Source: the human T2T-CHM13v2.0 reference genome, Homo sapiens
Reading direction: 5' to 3' (one strand)
Assembly (NCBI RefSeq): GCF_009914755.1
Contig: NC_060926.1
Length of the DNA: 64,000 nucleotides
This document shows, one piece after another, positions 12,900-27,811 of this stretch (within the stretch, counting starts at the first letter, position 1; each line of letters opens with the position of its first letter). Under the pieces are notes generated by a model. That model made no database searches and was not told the origin of the DNA. It saw only the letters and a program-made list of their open reading frames with translations. A program made the translations under genes and the position numbers.

Positions 12900-14640
12900 A
12901 GTGTAAAATATGAATTCTCTATTAAATATGTAGCAAATATGTTTTCCAGGATTGTTATATGTTTTAAATTTACTTTGTATATTTATTCTTCATGTGGAAA
13001 TTTTTATTTTAATGTTGCAAAACCTATTAGTCTTTCCCCACATAGATTAGAAGCTAAAGATCTTTCATTAGTTATCTGAATATTTTCTAATATGTTTAAG
13101 TTTTGATTATATATTTAATCTATTTCAATTTAAAATACATTTTGTAGTGATATATAAAGTAGTAATTTAATTGTATTTACCCCCAAAAATACCAGGCTGA
13201 CAGTCCTGTCACCATTTCTTTAACCACAAATTTTAAATGTTATCTATTTTATATGGCAAAGTTGACAGAAATATAAATTTAATTATCTGTATTTTCATTT
13301 TCAATCCTGATTCGTTGATTCACCTATTTATTATGGCACCAAAAGCATTTATTGTGGTTTTATAATATATTTTGATCTTTTAAAGTCAGTCTCTATCCAT
13401 TAGTCTTCTTTTCTTCTAATATTTTCTGACAATTCTCATCCCTTTGTAGTTATAAGAAGTCACATAGTAATTTAGGGTAATTTTCTAAAATTACTCTACT
13501 TTATAATAAAATATAAGTTCATTTAACAAGGACAAACATCTTTAATATAGTGAGGATTCCCATAGAAAGATAAGATTTGTCTCTCCATTTACTCAATTCT
13601 TATTTTATATACTTCAATAAAGTGTGGTGATTTGGATAATATATTACGGTTGGACTCATCTTTTACACTTATTTATTACTATTTTTTTGTTTTGATGGAT
13701 TATCTGGCTATAGGCACAGATGATACTGCTCTGGTTTTATTATTGTCAAGGCTGGGAATAAGTGCTATGCTATCTCCTATAAAAGAATTTTGGCAAGTTC
13801 TTTCTGAATATTTGTGAATTATTTTGAATAGAATATGACATTTTTTCCATGAAATTATATGGGCTTGGAACTTTGGGGACTAGAAGATTAGTTACTTGGC
13901 AACTTTCTTAATTACTTTCATAATTACTGGCTGCTTCAGGATTTTTATCAAAAAAAATTTCTATAGTGCTTAGAAAATCATCCATGTCATCCAGATTTTG
14001 AAAAATATTAGCTTAATTATAAAGTACATGTCTAAATAGTTATTAAATTCATCAGTATTTGTTATTAGAATTCCTTTTTAGTTATAATTTGTAATTTGTT
14101 GTGTATTTTCACACACACACCCACCCACCCTTCATTATTTATTTATTTTATTTTACTTTTTTTTTTTTTTAGTCAGGCTATTTGGTGATGTATGAGCTTC
14201 AGTATGTGCTTCTTTTTTCTGCTAAAAATTTGCTATGGGATTTTGGGTTTTGTTTTTGAATAATATTTTTTATTTATAAAACTTGTTTCTCTTTTTTGTC
14301 TTATTTTAAATAGGTTTTATTTTGTCTTTGAATATAATGCCTTGATTCAATATTTTAACTTTTATTTTTATTGCCTTTTAGTAGGAAAACTTTTATGCTT
14401 ATTCTTCTACATACTATTTGGTGAACATTATCAACCTTCTGTAAATCACTGAGACGATTTCAGATTAAATTCAATAATTATTTAGATGTGTTTTTATCTA
14501 GTTGAAGTTTTTAGGTTTACTTTTACATTTTGATAGAATTCTTCTTAGAATGCATTAGGAACTTCTCTGTGAATTGATCCTTAGTAAATTTTTATAAATA
14601 TCCCATAGCAGGTGATAAGCAGAATTTATTTTCTGTTGTA
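12900..14640 (-). mobile_element. Ancient, highly diverged L1 (L1M-type) fragment
   Basis: Very T-rich antisense L1-like text, e.g. atctttaatatagtgaggattcccatagaaagataagatttgtctctccatttactcaattc. Confidence 0.55.
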
Positions 14641-15199
14641 CAATACAAAGTGCTCCTTCCCATTGATGAGGGACTTAGTGGGTTGAAATGTTTCCTAGCC
14701 TTTCCACAGCATACACTATCAAGTTGGGCACATATCAAAACAGCAACAATAGCAAAAAAGACTCAAAAAATGTAAATTAAAATAAAAAACCCAGCAAAGT
14801 GCTATATTCCCATACATGTTAGCAGTTTGGTTCTCAGCTTGAAAAACTAGGTAAGAGCAGAGTCATTTTGTACACTCAATTAATTTGTTTCAAAACGAAG
14901 TCTGTCAGTTTGTAAAATCCTTTATTTAAGTCAAACTAATTAGGTGACTTTTATCACCTTAAAAAGAGAACCATAATGAGAAACAGCCACCATTACACTT
15001 TCTTGACTTGGAAGCCAGCTGAGGCATTTGAATCTCTCTTGTCATTTTAGAAACCCCAATTAAACTGGTCACCGTGAGCTGAAAATGAACAGATGCCATT
15101 ATGCTTATTTCATATTAAGCCTGATCAACTTAATTGGCCCACGGGCAAATTTTTCTTTAGAATTTCTTTTTTTCCCTAGCAAACAGTATTCATTTTAAA

Positions 15200-15735
15200 T
15201 TAACTCAAGTTCTCAGTATCTCTTTCTTGGATGAATAGAACTACTTCTTAACTGATTTCCCTGGTTCCAGCCACACTTTCCCACAGTTCCCCTCAACAAA
15301 ACAACTACAATGAGCCTTTTGACCAGAAGATAAACACTTTTTAAAGATACAAGCCTGTCTTTCACTTTTGAAATTATTTATTACGTCTGCCTAAAATGTT
15401 TTTTCCTCCTATGTTCATATGCCTAATTTCTTTATACCTCTGATGCCTTTGCTCAAATCTACCCTTTGCAATGAGACCCACTCTGACCTTTTAATACTAC
15501 ACCCTGCTCCCTGATGCTAGCATTTCCAATATTTTCTGCTTTATGTCATCACTTTTCTACAGCATATATTACCTTCTAATGTATTATATGTATTCATGAT
15601 TTATTGACTCACCCTCCTTGCTTAAATGTAAGCAGCAGGTCAGGGATGTTTATCACTTTTGTTCAATGAGGAATCCCAAGCACTAGACCAGTTTCCTCCA
15701 CATAGTATGCACTCAACAAATATTAGCTGAGTAAT
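15200..15735 (+). mobile_element. L2 LINE 3' end
   Basis: aaatgtaagcagcaggtcagggatg...catagtatgcactcaacaaatattagctgagtaa. Confidence 0.7.
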
Positions 15736-16569
15736 TAAACAATGGTAAGATTTTCAACTCACCTGGAAAAACACATTCTTAAAATGCAACAATAGGAAAA
15801 AGAATCAATCAAAACTCACTATCATAACTTAGAAGTCCAAACGCAAACATTTAAGCATGTAAAAAAATAAGTGTTAAACAAACTTTAGTCTTATGAGACA
15901 TGATGAAACACATAATACATTTATGTGCTGTCTCATGAGGGTGATGGCATGAGTCTCAGGCATGCTCCTCAGCCCTATCTGGGATTGAGCTGAGCACAGA
16001 GAAGTCCTAATACAGAAGTGCACTCAATTGTACAGTTTTACGCAAGTAGGCATTCATGAGCCTGAATTTAAAACAAACAAATATAAACACAGCAGAGCTA
16101 CACATTTCCTAATCAAGGGAACATTTTAATCTATTCAAGTTTAGACATGGAGATTGCAGGTAAGCTTTTCTTCTGAGGTCTTCACAAAACCAAATTCACT
16201 CTGGTACACTGATACACAGATTATGTAACTCCAATGTGTTAAAATATGGCAAATGATGTATTTGAGAGTGTTATTCTAAAATTACAGACTGTCAAAAATA
16301 TTAAAAAGAAATGTGACTCAAATAATTACGAGACAGTTTTTTAATTGCCTGAAATAATAACAGACTTATATAATGATCTTTGCTGTCACGACAATAAGAT
16401 GGGACTTTTAAGAACACCTTCCATATCCATATCCTCAAAAGCTGGTTGTAAATTCAAGCAGTCATGCTTAACACTGTAACTGGTGCATTTGTACTTGTGG
16501 CATATTGGCCAAAAGTATAGACACCAACAATGTCCTTCCCTTACCCTTCAGATCTTTCTTTTGCTTTGA

Positions 16570-16910
16570 CAAACATCCAATGGCCAGTATCTACATCTAG
16601 CTGCCTGGAGTCTTTTTTTCTAGATCCTAGGAAGGCCCTTTGCCTACAGGGGCAGATCACACCCAATGGTTCAGGAAGCTAAGTGTCCTAGCTCCCTCAT
16701 TCTTGGAGTAATTCTGACTCATATGGTGTACATTTCCCAGAGTTTCCCTCATGGGATTAAGCTTTCTATTGGCTTAAAATAACATACCATTTATCTTCTG
16801 CCAGTACCGTTCAGGCATCACTTGCCCATTCCCCTTCAGATGTTTCCTGAACCTCTCTCTCTCTTAAAAAAAAAAAAAAAAGAAGTATTTTCACTCAAAT
16901 CCTCCAGTTA
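16570..16910 (+). mobile_element. ERVL LTR fragment (LTR16-like)
   Basis: catttcccagagtttccctcatgggattaagc...gatgtttcctgaacc. Confidence 0.5.
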
Positions 16911-17049
16911 ACCAGCTAAAGTGCAGCTGGCATAAAACACCACCAGTAGTTGACTATGACATTAAATATTTTATGATTATTTTTCTGTGCAAATTTGACA
17001 CATTATAATGACATTGTACATATTTTATTCATGTCAATGTGTTCGATAT

Positions 17050-17545
17050 CTTCATTTTGCCCCTCTAGATAGAGTCCCACCCTTTTACACCTTGTTCTAT
17101 CCTGCTCCTGGGACATATTTGCGTGGAGTGCATTGATCGATAGGCTCCCTTGACCTCTGGCTTCTAAGCTGTCAGTCATGCGAGGAACCTGCAAAATATG
17201 ACGAGTGAAAGGAGAATGGAGTCAGGGTAATTATTCCATTGGTGTCTTTCCTCTCTTCCACATCACTATAGATTGGCTGTATTTCTCTTGCACATGCCAC
17301 CTTCTTGTCAGGCTGTTCTATCCATGTACCTTATATAATATTCCCAGTTCTGGTGACCACTCCCTCCCATCCTTCAGACCTAGGAAGTGTAATGGCCCCT
17401 ACTGTTACTAAGCCAGGATGCAACACTATCTACTGTTTGTAGAGATGGAGAAACCAAAATTATAATAAATAATCCCTTAATTAAATGCTCCATTGTTTAC
17501 TCAGTTTGAATATGCCTTCACTTCATGACAGGACTCTGACTTTTA
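17050..17545 (+). mobile_element. ERVL LTR (LTR33-like)
   Basis: ggctcccttgacctctggcttct...ggagtcagggtaattattcc...tttgaatatgccttcacttcatgacaggactctgac. Confidence 0.6.
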
Positions 17546-18742
17546 CAATAAATAATAAATGCACATGATAAAAAAAAATCAACAAACTCAAACTAAACAG
17601 ATGGTACAAAATTCTTATGTTCTTTCCAATTATCATTCCTTAGAGGTAAACATCTTCAACTATTTCTCTCCAAATAATATATTGTTTTCCATATGTGTTT
17701 TTGGTTAACCAATATCTAATAGTAACTATGGACTCCTTACTTTGAAATACAAAAGTTTAGCTCATCTACATTTCTAATACCTCTCTTCCCCATGCTCCAA
17801 CAGTCTTGGCAAGTGATATTAGAATGTTCAGATCACCTTCTATCTTTAGGATAGGTAATAAAATGCAACTTCTTTTTCTTAATCCATCAACTTCTACAAA
17901 ATGTGTCTTCAGTTCCTGCCACAGAAAATTAAAAAAAAAAAATCAGTGGCCCCACATTCCCTTGCCTTTCTTTATTTTCCTCTCCACTTCCCAATTGTTT
18001 GTTAGCTCTAGCATGGATTGAATACTACCAGGTTAAATAATTGACTTTTTTTTTTTTTTCCAGAATTCAGACATCCAATTACTCAAACAACTTTTGGGTT
18101 TTCCTGAAATTTCAATGCCTTGTTTACATTTTTCCACTTTAAAAAAAAGATACTATGCCTGCACCATAGCACTAAGTTCATTCAGCTTTCAAATACATAA
18201 TTTGTGAAAGTGAACACAATTTCACTTTGTGTTTTGTTGTGAATTGCTATCTAAGCCTACTGCACACCTTGTATTCTAAGCTTTCTTTTCATTTCTCTCC
18301 TCTCATAATTATACATTATTTTTTTCTTTTTGATTATATGTTTAGATTATATTTTAATATTCCTAGGACATATTCTTAATTATTTTTCTTGGTCAATAAG
18401 TGCATTAAAGGTAAATTTTGTGATATCTTGCATGCAGAAAATTCTTAATTTTGTCCTTGTGGTTAATTGTTACTCAGTTTAAATACAGAATGCTAGTTAA
18501 AATAATTTACTTTAAAAACCTTGAAGACAATACATTCCGTGTACTGTTTTGATTGAAGTTTTGCTAGAGTGAATATATTGCATTTTCTTTTTGTTCTGGC
18601 AGACTTTTTATTTCATTAAAGCTTTAGTGTTCTTTTGATTTCTCTTTGATAATCACATACTTTTAATTTCTAAGAATTTTTCTTATTCTCCTATTGCCCC
18701 TTTTCATTTATCATTCTACGTTTCTTTAAAAATGCAATATGT

Positions 18743-18857
18743 GTGTTCACTTCAGCTGCACATATACTAAAATTGGAATGATACAGAGAAGATCAGCATG
18801 ACCCCTGCACAAGATGGCATGTAAATTCTTGATGCATTCCATTTTCTTAAAAAAAAA
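18743..18857 (+). pseudogene. RNU6: U6 snRNA retropseudogene, copy 1 (more diverged), with A-tail
   Basis: gtgttcacttcagctgcacatatactaaaattggaatgatacagagaagatcagcatgacccctgcacaag...gcattccatttt is colinear with full-length U6; TSD-like aaaaatgcaatatgt / aaaaaagcgatatct. Confidence 0.92.
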
Positions 18858-18923
18858 GCGATATCTTCTTGTGTAGCTGTGAAGAGACTAAGTAGATTAT
18901 TTTTTTAAAAAAACATAACTTTT

Positions 18924-19042
18924 GTGCTCGCTTTGGCAGCGTATATACTAAAATTGGAAGAATATAGAGAAGATTAGCATGGCCCCTGCACAAGGATGAC
19001 ATGCAAATTTGTGAAGCATTCCATATTTAAAATAATAATAAT
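18924..19042 (+). pseudogene. RNU6: U6 snRNA retropseudogene, copy 2, with (AAT)n tail
   Basis: gtgctcgctttggcagcgtatatactaaaattggaagaatatagagaagattagcatggcccctgcacaaggatgacatgcaaatttgtgaagcattccatattt; TSD aaaacataactttt / aaaacatatctttt. Confidence 0.95.
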
Positions 19043-19291
19043 AAAACATATCTTTTAATGTGTGATTTATTCATTTTTTCAAGGTCTGTATTCTACTTCC
19101 TTGTCTTGGGCCTTTTCTGTTTTGCTGTTTCTGTTCCTTGCATACCTATTGCTCATTAGATATAAGTTCATAATTGTGAAGGAAGGATTAGATTGATTAA
19201 ATTCTAGCAGGATTCCTCTTTTCCTATTAAAGTGCTTTCCCAACAGTCTTGTCATGAAAATGAGACTATTGACCTAAATTTAAATGTCTAC

Positions 19292-19535
19292 TTGGGCATG
19301 TTATACGGATGGTCCCATGTACACTGGTTGGGCATGCCACATGGAAGGTCCTATGTACACTCGTTGGGTATGTCATATAGTAGGATTCTCTGTATGCTGC
19401 CCAGGTATATCACATGGAAGAACCTATATTCTCTGATTGGCAACGTCATATGGAAGTTTCTATGTATGCTGATCACGTATATCATATTGAAGTTTCCAAG
19501 TACAATGGTTGGGTATATCATATGTAGATTTTGTT
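19292..19535. repeat. Degenerate 36-bp tandem repeat, about 7 units
   Basis: Units ttgggcatgttatacggatggtcccatgtacactgg, ttgggcatgccacatggaaggtcctatgtacactcg, ttgggtatgtcatatagtaggattctctgtatgctgc, etc. Confidence 0.8.
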
Positions 19536-19885
19536 TATCAATATGGGGAAGAAGTAGGTAAGCTGTGTTCTATAAAGCCAAAATTGAGGAGGGGTTTATT
19601 CTGTTGGATTGAGGCCAAAACCAGAAGTCCTAATCCTTCACAGACATATCATTAAATTTCTTCAAAACAACAGCGGGACTTTCAGCTTCTGGTCTTATAT
19701 ATAAGAAACCTGAAAGTTATCATTTCATCCTAATAACAAATAAAAAGCTGAACAAACTAAAACTTGAATACATTGTCTTAGATCCATCAGAGACATGAGG
19801 TCATAAGACAAATCCCTGTCCCCCAAATTAGAGAGACCAAGAGGAAAATAGAGACAATCAAAACTTACTAAAGCAGAAACCCTAG

Positions 19886-20406
19886 TGGAGACTTAAAAAT
19901 GATGCCCCAAAACATCCTCTTTGGACTTCAAATAAAGTGGGAATAGCAAATAAAGGAAGGGCTTTCTCTGAAGTTACCCTCCCTGCCTAAAGACTGAATC
20001 TTTCAGGAAATATCCAATTGTTGTGATACCCTTCCTTAGATACTTCATTAATCAGAGGAAATCAATGTATATTCCAGGAAGGAAGACTGATGTGGACACC
20101 ACACTCAGAACCCAGATGAACTTTGTCTCAGGCTACTGTTTGTTCTTTAGGCCCATTCATTTCCCCTAAAAACAATTGATTCTTCTTCTAAAAATTGCCT
20201 ATATCCCCCACTTTCCTCTGTCTTATGAAGATGATATATAAGCTTCAACCATCTGGTCCTTTGTTGAGTCTGATATTTTATGGGACTGCTGTTCACTGGC
20301 ACATAGTAAATTTCTATGCCTTTTCTCCTATTAATCTGTCTATTGACAGTTTATTTCAGCCAACTAAATTATCAAAATTTCAGGGGAAAATTTGAGCTTC
20401 CCTATA
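19886..20406 (+). mobile_element. ERV1 MER4-group solo LTR (MER34-like), inserted in an old L1 5' region (about 19670-20600)
   Basis: gtggagacttaaaaatgatgccccaaaa...tatgccttttctcctattaatctgtct...gagcttccctata. Confidence 0.55.
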
Positions 20407-20602
20407 CTCATGAGCTGAAAATCTGTGGAAACCAGTGCCAGGCAGCAAGTCCTGAACTGTAGTTGACACACAGTTGGAGGCTCAGTATAGACAAGTCTGA
20501 GATATAAAAACTCCAGGGGTGCTCAGTCATTTTGGAGTCCAGTCATTTGGGAGCTCCAGTGATTTTTTGAGTTTTTACCTCCTGGAGTTCTACCAGGTTC
20601 CT

Positions 20603-22232
<1,630 letters not shown>

Positions 22233-22289
22233 GCTATTGAAATAAAAATTAAAGATATGTATGTGTATATATACATACATATTTACACA

Positions 22290-23010
22290 CACACACAATA
22301 AAAAGATAAAGAGTCAGAAGATAAAAGAACACCCAACTATATATTGTCTAAAATAAATCCATTTTAAATATAAAACACACATAGATTAAATGTTAATTGA
22401 TGAAGAAAATTATACCAAGCTAAAAACATGAATTGAAAGAAAATAGGAGTAGCAATATTAATTTTAGTTACAGCAGACTTCAGAGCATGGACATTTATCA
22501 GGGATAAAAAAGAGCACTACGTAATTATAAAGGGGTTAATTCTCCAAGAATATATAATAATTCTTAACATGTATGTGCCTAACAACAGAGTATTAAAATA
22601 TGTGAAAGAAAACTAATAGATCTGTGAAGATAAATATATAAATACACTATTATAGCTGGAGACTTCAATACACTCCTATTAGAAAAGAACAGATCCAACA
22701 GACACAAAATTAATAAAGACAGTGAAATTCAACAACACCATTCATCCACTGGACATGATGGACATCTACAGACAACTTTATGCAACAATAGGAGAATGCA
22801 CATTATTCATAGATTCACATGGGATATTCACCAACATAGACCACATTCTGGGTCATAAAAAACACCGGAAAATTTAAAAGAATAGAAATCATACAACGTC
22901 TACTCTCAGACCGCAGTGGAATTAAACTAGAAATCAATAACAGAAAGATAGCTGGAAAATCCCTAATTCTTTGGAGATTAAACAACACTTCTAAATAACA
23001 CATGGGTTCT
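22290..23010 (+). mobile_element. Old L1 (L1M) ORF2 endonuclease-region fragment
   Basis: gctggagacttcaatacactc, ttcaccaacatagaccacattctgggtcataaa, ctcagaccgcagtggaattaaactagaaatcaataac (decayed GDFN, IDH and SDH motifs). Confidence 0.85.
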
Positions 23011-24899
23011 CATTCTTATTAGATTAAGGGTTCACTTGTTACCCAGTTCTGATAATAAGACTTAAAGTTGAGATTCAGAGATAGCTCAGAATAAAGGGCT
23101 CTAACATTGCTTCTTTCTTATTTACATTAAATTGATTAAAACGCTGCATGTGATTACAACTTTTTAGTTCTCTCTATGTATGTAGCACAACTCTTAGCAT
23201 ATAATGAGATTTTGTTATTGCAATCCCTACAACTTCACAATATTACATTGATGTCTTTCTTTTCTGAAATATTAATAAAGGTATCAAATTTTATTTTTCC
23301 TATTGAATATGTTTATATATAATTAGACCACAGAGGAAAAAATACTGGCATATGTTCTCATTATTTTTTAATAAATATATATTTAAATATTTTTATCATT
23401 TCAATACACTCAAAATGTTGGCATTTCAAATAGATGTCAGTTTTCAAGTAACATACACTTATAATTATACTATTTTAAATAATGGTGATTTTTTTTTTCT
23501 AATTGGCTAATGTTTTAATTCAACAAACCTGTAGAAAACATTGTCCTTCTTCAAAGAGCTTCATTCCTAACTAGAAAATATTTTGCCCTAAGGAATGAGA
23601 AAACAGCACAGAAAAAATGTCATAATCTTTCTCAGTAGCTGATATTCAGACAAAAAAATGTCCTACATGTTTATATCATTTAGTTTACATCCAAGATTTT
23701 GACACTACAATGAAAATTACAATATTGAGAAAGTCAAAAGCATCTACATTTGAATAAAATCAAAGAGAAGGGAGGAAAGAAAAAAAATAAGCAAACACAC
23801 TCAGATCCTTAGCTTAGGTTTTTAAACAGCTTCATAGCATCAGTCCCTTCCACTCTAAACAGCAGCAGCAGTGGCAGCAATACAGACATTCAACCATGAA
23901 ATGAGCATGATTTCCAGGTGGCCTTCTTCAATAAGAATAGCATTAAATGACTATTTAAATTTGCCAGGAAGTGAAACATTTCTCAAATAAGAAGCCTATA
24001 CAATTGAAATTCTGTGCAGCACAGCTAAGGGAAGATTTGAAGCTGATACCTACCTACTACTACCACCATCAAGCGTTCCAACATTTTTTAAATGAGCAAA
24101 CTAATGATAATGAAACTAATTTTACCACATCACCCTGGGAGAGGAAGATTTTCGATAAACTTTTGCTATTAACAGCTAGGATATTCTGAAAGTATTTACC
24201 ATTAAGAGATAAGCACAATGAGAAAGGTAGCTTTTAATATACAGCAGAGAATGTGCAAATAAAACCACTGATATAACAGAATCCCAGTATAATAGCGTTT
24301 GCAACAGTCAACTTCATAGTTAAGGTTACAACTCAATTTCATATCCCTGCTTTACTTGCTCATAAAAACTTGGTGGAAAGTTCTTCAACATTAAAACTTT
24401 TCATACTTGGTCTCCAAGTAAATATGAATGATAAACATGAAGGTTTTTCAATTTTAATAAAAGATTTTTTCTTTCCCTTTCTCCAAGGACAGTTCCTTCA
24501 CACAAGTACTCCGACAAATAGCATGAACAAGGGGGAATTTAAAATGCATGAATTTCCTAATTAAACTTCAAATGTTTATTATGGACCCTTTTCTCTTAAA
24601 CAACACCTGAAGTTCAGGGAATTTAAAAACCTTCTGACAAAGCACTAGTCCTCTGGGAGGAAAAATACTGTCTAGGCTTCGAAAACCCATTCAATAACCT
24701 GAAACTTATTTAGATCTTAACTAGAGAAAATCTGAATGTGGTTATAGAAATTTTGGTGGCCTCAGATTATAGTAACACTCTATTAAAATTACATACAATT
24801 ACATTTTTGCTAATAGATCTGCCCTGGAATTTTCCCCATTATATTGTGAATATGTTTTTAATTTACTGTATATTATAATTTTATTATAATTTATTTTAA

Positions 24900-25285
24900 A
24901 AATTCTATTGATATATAATAGTTGTACAAAACACATGTGATATTTTAATACCTGTATATAATGTGTAATGATCAAAGCAGGGTAATAGGACTATCCATCA
25001 CCGCCAACATTTATCTTTCCTTTGTATTGGGAACATTGCAATTCTTCTCTTCCAGCTATTTTGAAATATACAATAAATTATTGTTAACTATGAATTCCCT
25101 CCTATACTATGGAATACTAGAACTTATTCCTTTCTATCAAACTGTGTTTTTATACCCTTTATCCAACTTTTCTTCCTCTCTCCTTCCCTTCCCATCTCAT
25201 ATTATCATTTGTAATTGGTACATAATAATTGTATATATTTATGGGGCGCAGGGTGATATTTTGATGCATAAATACAATGTGATGT
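24900..25285 (-). mobile_element. L1MA-type 3'UTR fragments (two terminal pieces)
   Basis: atgtgtaatgatcaaagcagggtaataggactatccatcacc...ttttgaaatatacaataaattattgttaac. Confidence 0.8.
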
Positions 25286-25289
25286 TTTA

Positions 25290-25800
25290 ACACATTAAAA
25301 AACCTTCTTAGCTGGGGAGAGACTGCCTCTCCCCGGATTAAGCCAATTCTAAGAGATAGTAAAGGACCCAGCAGGAGTATGCCTTTGATAAACAAAATAA
25401 CCACCAGAGCCATACCTTCTCTACCTGGCCCACCACCCCAAGAGGTAACAGTCCTCTGCCTTAATCATCCCAGGGCCAAGTAGCAGGCAAGTAGGGGCCA
25501 CCCCTATAGCCCAAAGCCTGCCAGTTATTCAAACAAGCCAATCCTAAATTATTCAACCTGCCCCACCTTGCCTTTCCTGCTGACCCCAACAAATGCAATG
25601 GCTGAAACCATCCTCTCACTCCTGTCTTCTGCCCTTTCACCACCCTAGTGTCTTTCCTGTGTGGCCCTGTGTGGCACGTTGTGCCTCCTTGTCTTCTAGG
25701 ACCTGTGAGTATAATAACCTTCATTTTTTCCTGAACCTCTCCATTGTCTCCTCTTGTGGCCACACCTCACTGACCGTCACATAAAAGAATACAAAACACC
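25290..25800 (+). mobile_element. ERVL LTR (MER74/MER54 group)
   Basis: ttaatcatcccagggccaag...ttattcaaacaagccaatcctaaa...ggacctgtgagtataataa. Confidence 0.7.
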
Positions 25801-26899
25801 CTTCTTCCCAGATGTCACCTAATACTTTATTGGCAAGGATGCATCACTAAGTCTGACCAATAAATCAGACATGTAATATTTGACAATAAGATTTGTTTCC
25901 ATTCCTTTTCATCTCACAACCTCCTTCAAAATCTTTCTGATATCTCAGGCAAATATCTAGCTCTGTTCCCATCAATAATATCTCTTTTAGAAACTGTGGA
26001 CACCCCTCAAGACCTTCCCCTTCCTTGAAGGACTGCTTAACCTATCCAGTGGCACTAACCAAGAACCACAGCACACCTACCCAGAGGTGGTAGGAAATGT
26101 ATGGAAATAGTACCTTGGGGAATAAGGTAGGGAAAGCATTGCTTGGCTTTTGTGGGTAGGAGCTAAAGATGCTTATTAATTATCTGGCAACATTCTGCAA
26201 TGATACAAAATGAATTCTATGGTTCAAAATGTCAGCAGCACCTTGTTGAGAAATAATAGTGTACGTGATCTCTCACTTCAAGAAATTGGTCATCTAGGAA
26301 ATCATTCATATTAGGCCTGCCCAGTCCTAGATGTCCTAGCAAACTAGAGCTATAGAAACATATTATGTAATTCACATCAGAAAATGGATACGATTGTTCC
26401 AATTCTTGAATAGATCTTGAGAAAATAACCTCTCCCTCCACATGAGTATGGAACCCAGAAATGGTCATTTGAGATTTAAATATTCTGTTTCTAAAGGACT
26501 TCGGACATTCATAGATAAAATGAAGTCAGAAATACAAATCCCCACACTCCAGGTCTTTATTATCTAGACTGACAGAGCATAAAAGTGGTGGTGGTGGGGG
26601 GTGATGTGGGGAAGGTGGTATAGGCACTGCAGCAATCTAGAAAAAGATGACTCAATACTATTCAAACACCAAAACCACAGGAAAGGTAAAGAGAATGTCC
26701 TTTAAGACTACAGACTTTCATATCCGACATTCCCAGGTCCGAGTCCTCTGTTTTGTTGCTTAATATGAATGACATTAGGTAATTGCTTCTAGAGGTTGGG
26801 ACTTCTAATAGATAAAGTACAAGTAAAAATGTGGAAAGAAAGAACTAAAGACCAGTTTAGAATCTATCATCCTGAGTAAAGCAGCAGCATTAGGAAACA

Positions 26900-27135
26900 A
26901 TAATAGGTAATATTTATTGAATGTTTATTCTTCATGAGGTGCTAATACATGTATTCACTTCATCCTTACAACTCTAAGAGGTTTTATGACCCATTTTGGC
27001 CACAAAGATTATGAAGGTTAGACAGGTGACATCACTTGAACAAGGTCACAGTAGCTTGTACATGGAAGAGTTAGGGCTTGAACCTAGGGCTTCTTTACTT
27101 GAAATCAAAAACTCTTAGCCACTACTCTAACCTTC
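26900..27135 (-). mobile_element. MIR SINE
   Basis: atatttattgaatgtttatt...cacttgaacaaggtcacag...gggcttgaacctaggg. Confidence 0.7.
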
Positions 27136-27367
27136 CTTCTCCGACAGCATCATGAAAGGTGCAGTATTATGGTGGTAAAGACACAAAAGCAACCCCAGGA
27201 CATCAAGACAGCCTCCTTGGACTTCCACTTTGCTAGGGAGAATAAGTAGCATCTGAAAGGAATGATGCTGCCAAGATTTGCTAAAAGCTATGCCAGGCAG
27301 AAAGCCAGTGGAAAGGTGGCAATCTCATCACTGGCACAGCACAGAGAAGGAGCTTGAACAAAGTCTC

Positions 27368-27811
27368 TGTGACAGGCATGGAAATGTGCCACTCAGCTCT
27401 TCCAAGTGGAAGCATAACTGACAGGCGGCCCCAGCAGCTGCCTTTCTGACTTCACTATTGTATTCACACCCATGAGCTCTTCCCAGCCAATGCCTAAGAG
27501 CTTCAGGAACACCAGTGCAGAGGAGACATGGGACTCCTCTGGCAAGCCACCTTGGCTTGTGGAATTCCAGTTGGCCTGGCTGACACTTACTTAGAACCGT
27601 GCTGCAGTCTGAGACTTTTCCTGCCCAAGCCTCCTTCCTTCTGTCTCTCCTTCAATGGGATCAGACCTGCATTAAGAATGTGGCTTGAAGGTTATCTCCA
27701 CCTTCTTCAGCACCTTCCCATTTCTTCTTCACAGATGTTTTCTCTAATACATTTATTTCATGTGTAACCCCATATTGGGGTCTGCTTCTTCTTGGAGGAT
27801 ACAAACTAACA
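27368..27811 (+). mobile_element. ERVL solo LTR (LTR16A-like)
   Basis: tgtgacaggcatggaaatgtgccactcag...tcccagccaatg...ggggtctgcttcttcttggaggatacaaactaaca. Confidence 0.7.

Noticed and set aside
18743-19028. Functional U6 genes
   Set aside because: TSDs and A-tails, CpG decay, ACAGAGA box mutated in copy 2 (ATAGAGA), and no evident upstream PSE/TATA promoter
19292-19535. 36-bp periodicity as a CRISPR array
   Set aside because: Units are head-to-tail without unique spacers, there are no cas genes, and the DNA is eukaryotic
19232-19561. 109-aa ORF with repeated LGM..G.S.VH motif
   Set aside because: A by-product of the 36-bp (3n) tandem array; GTG start and no gene context
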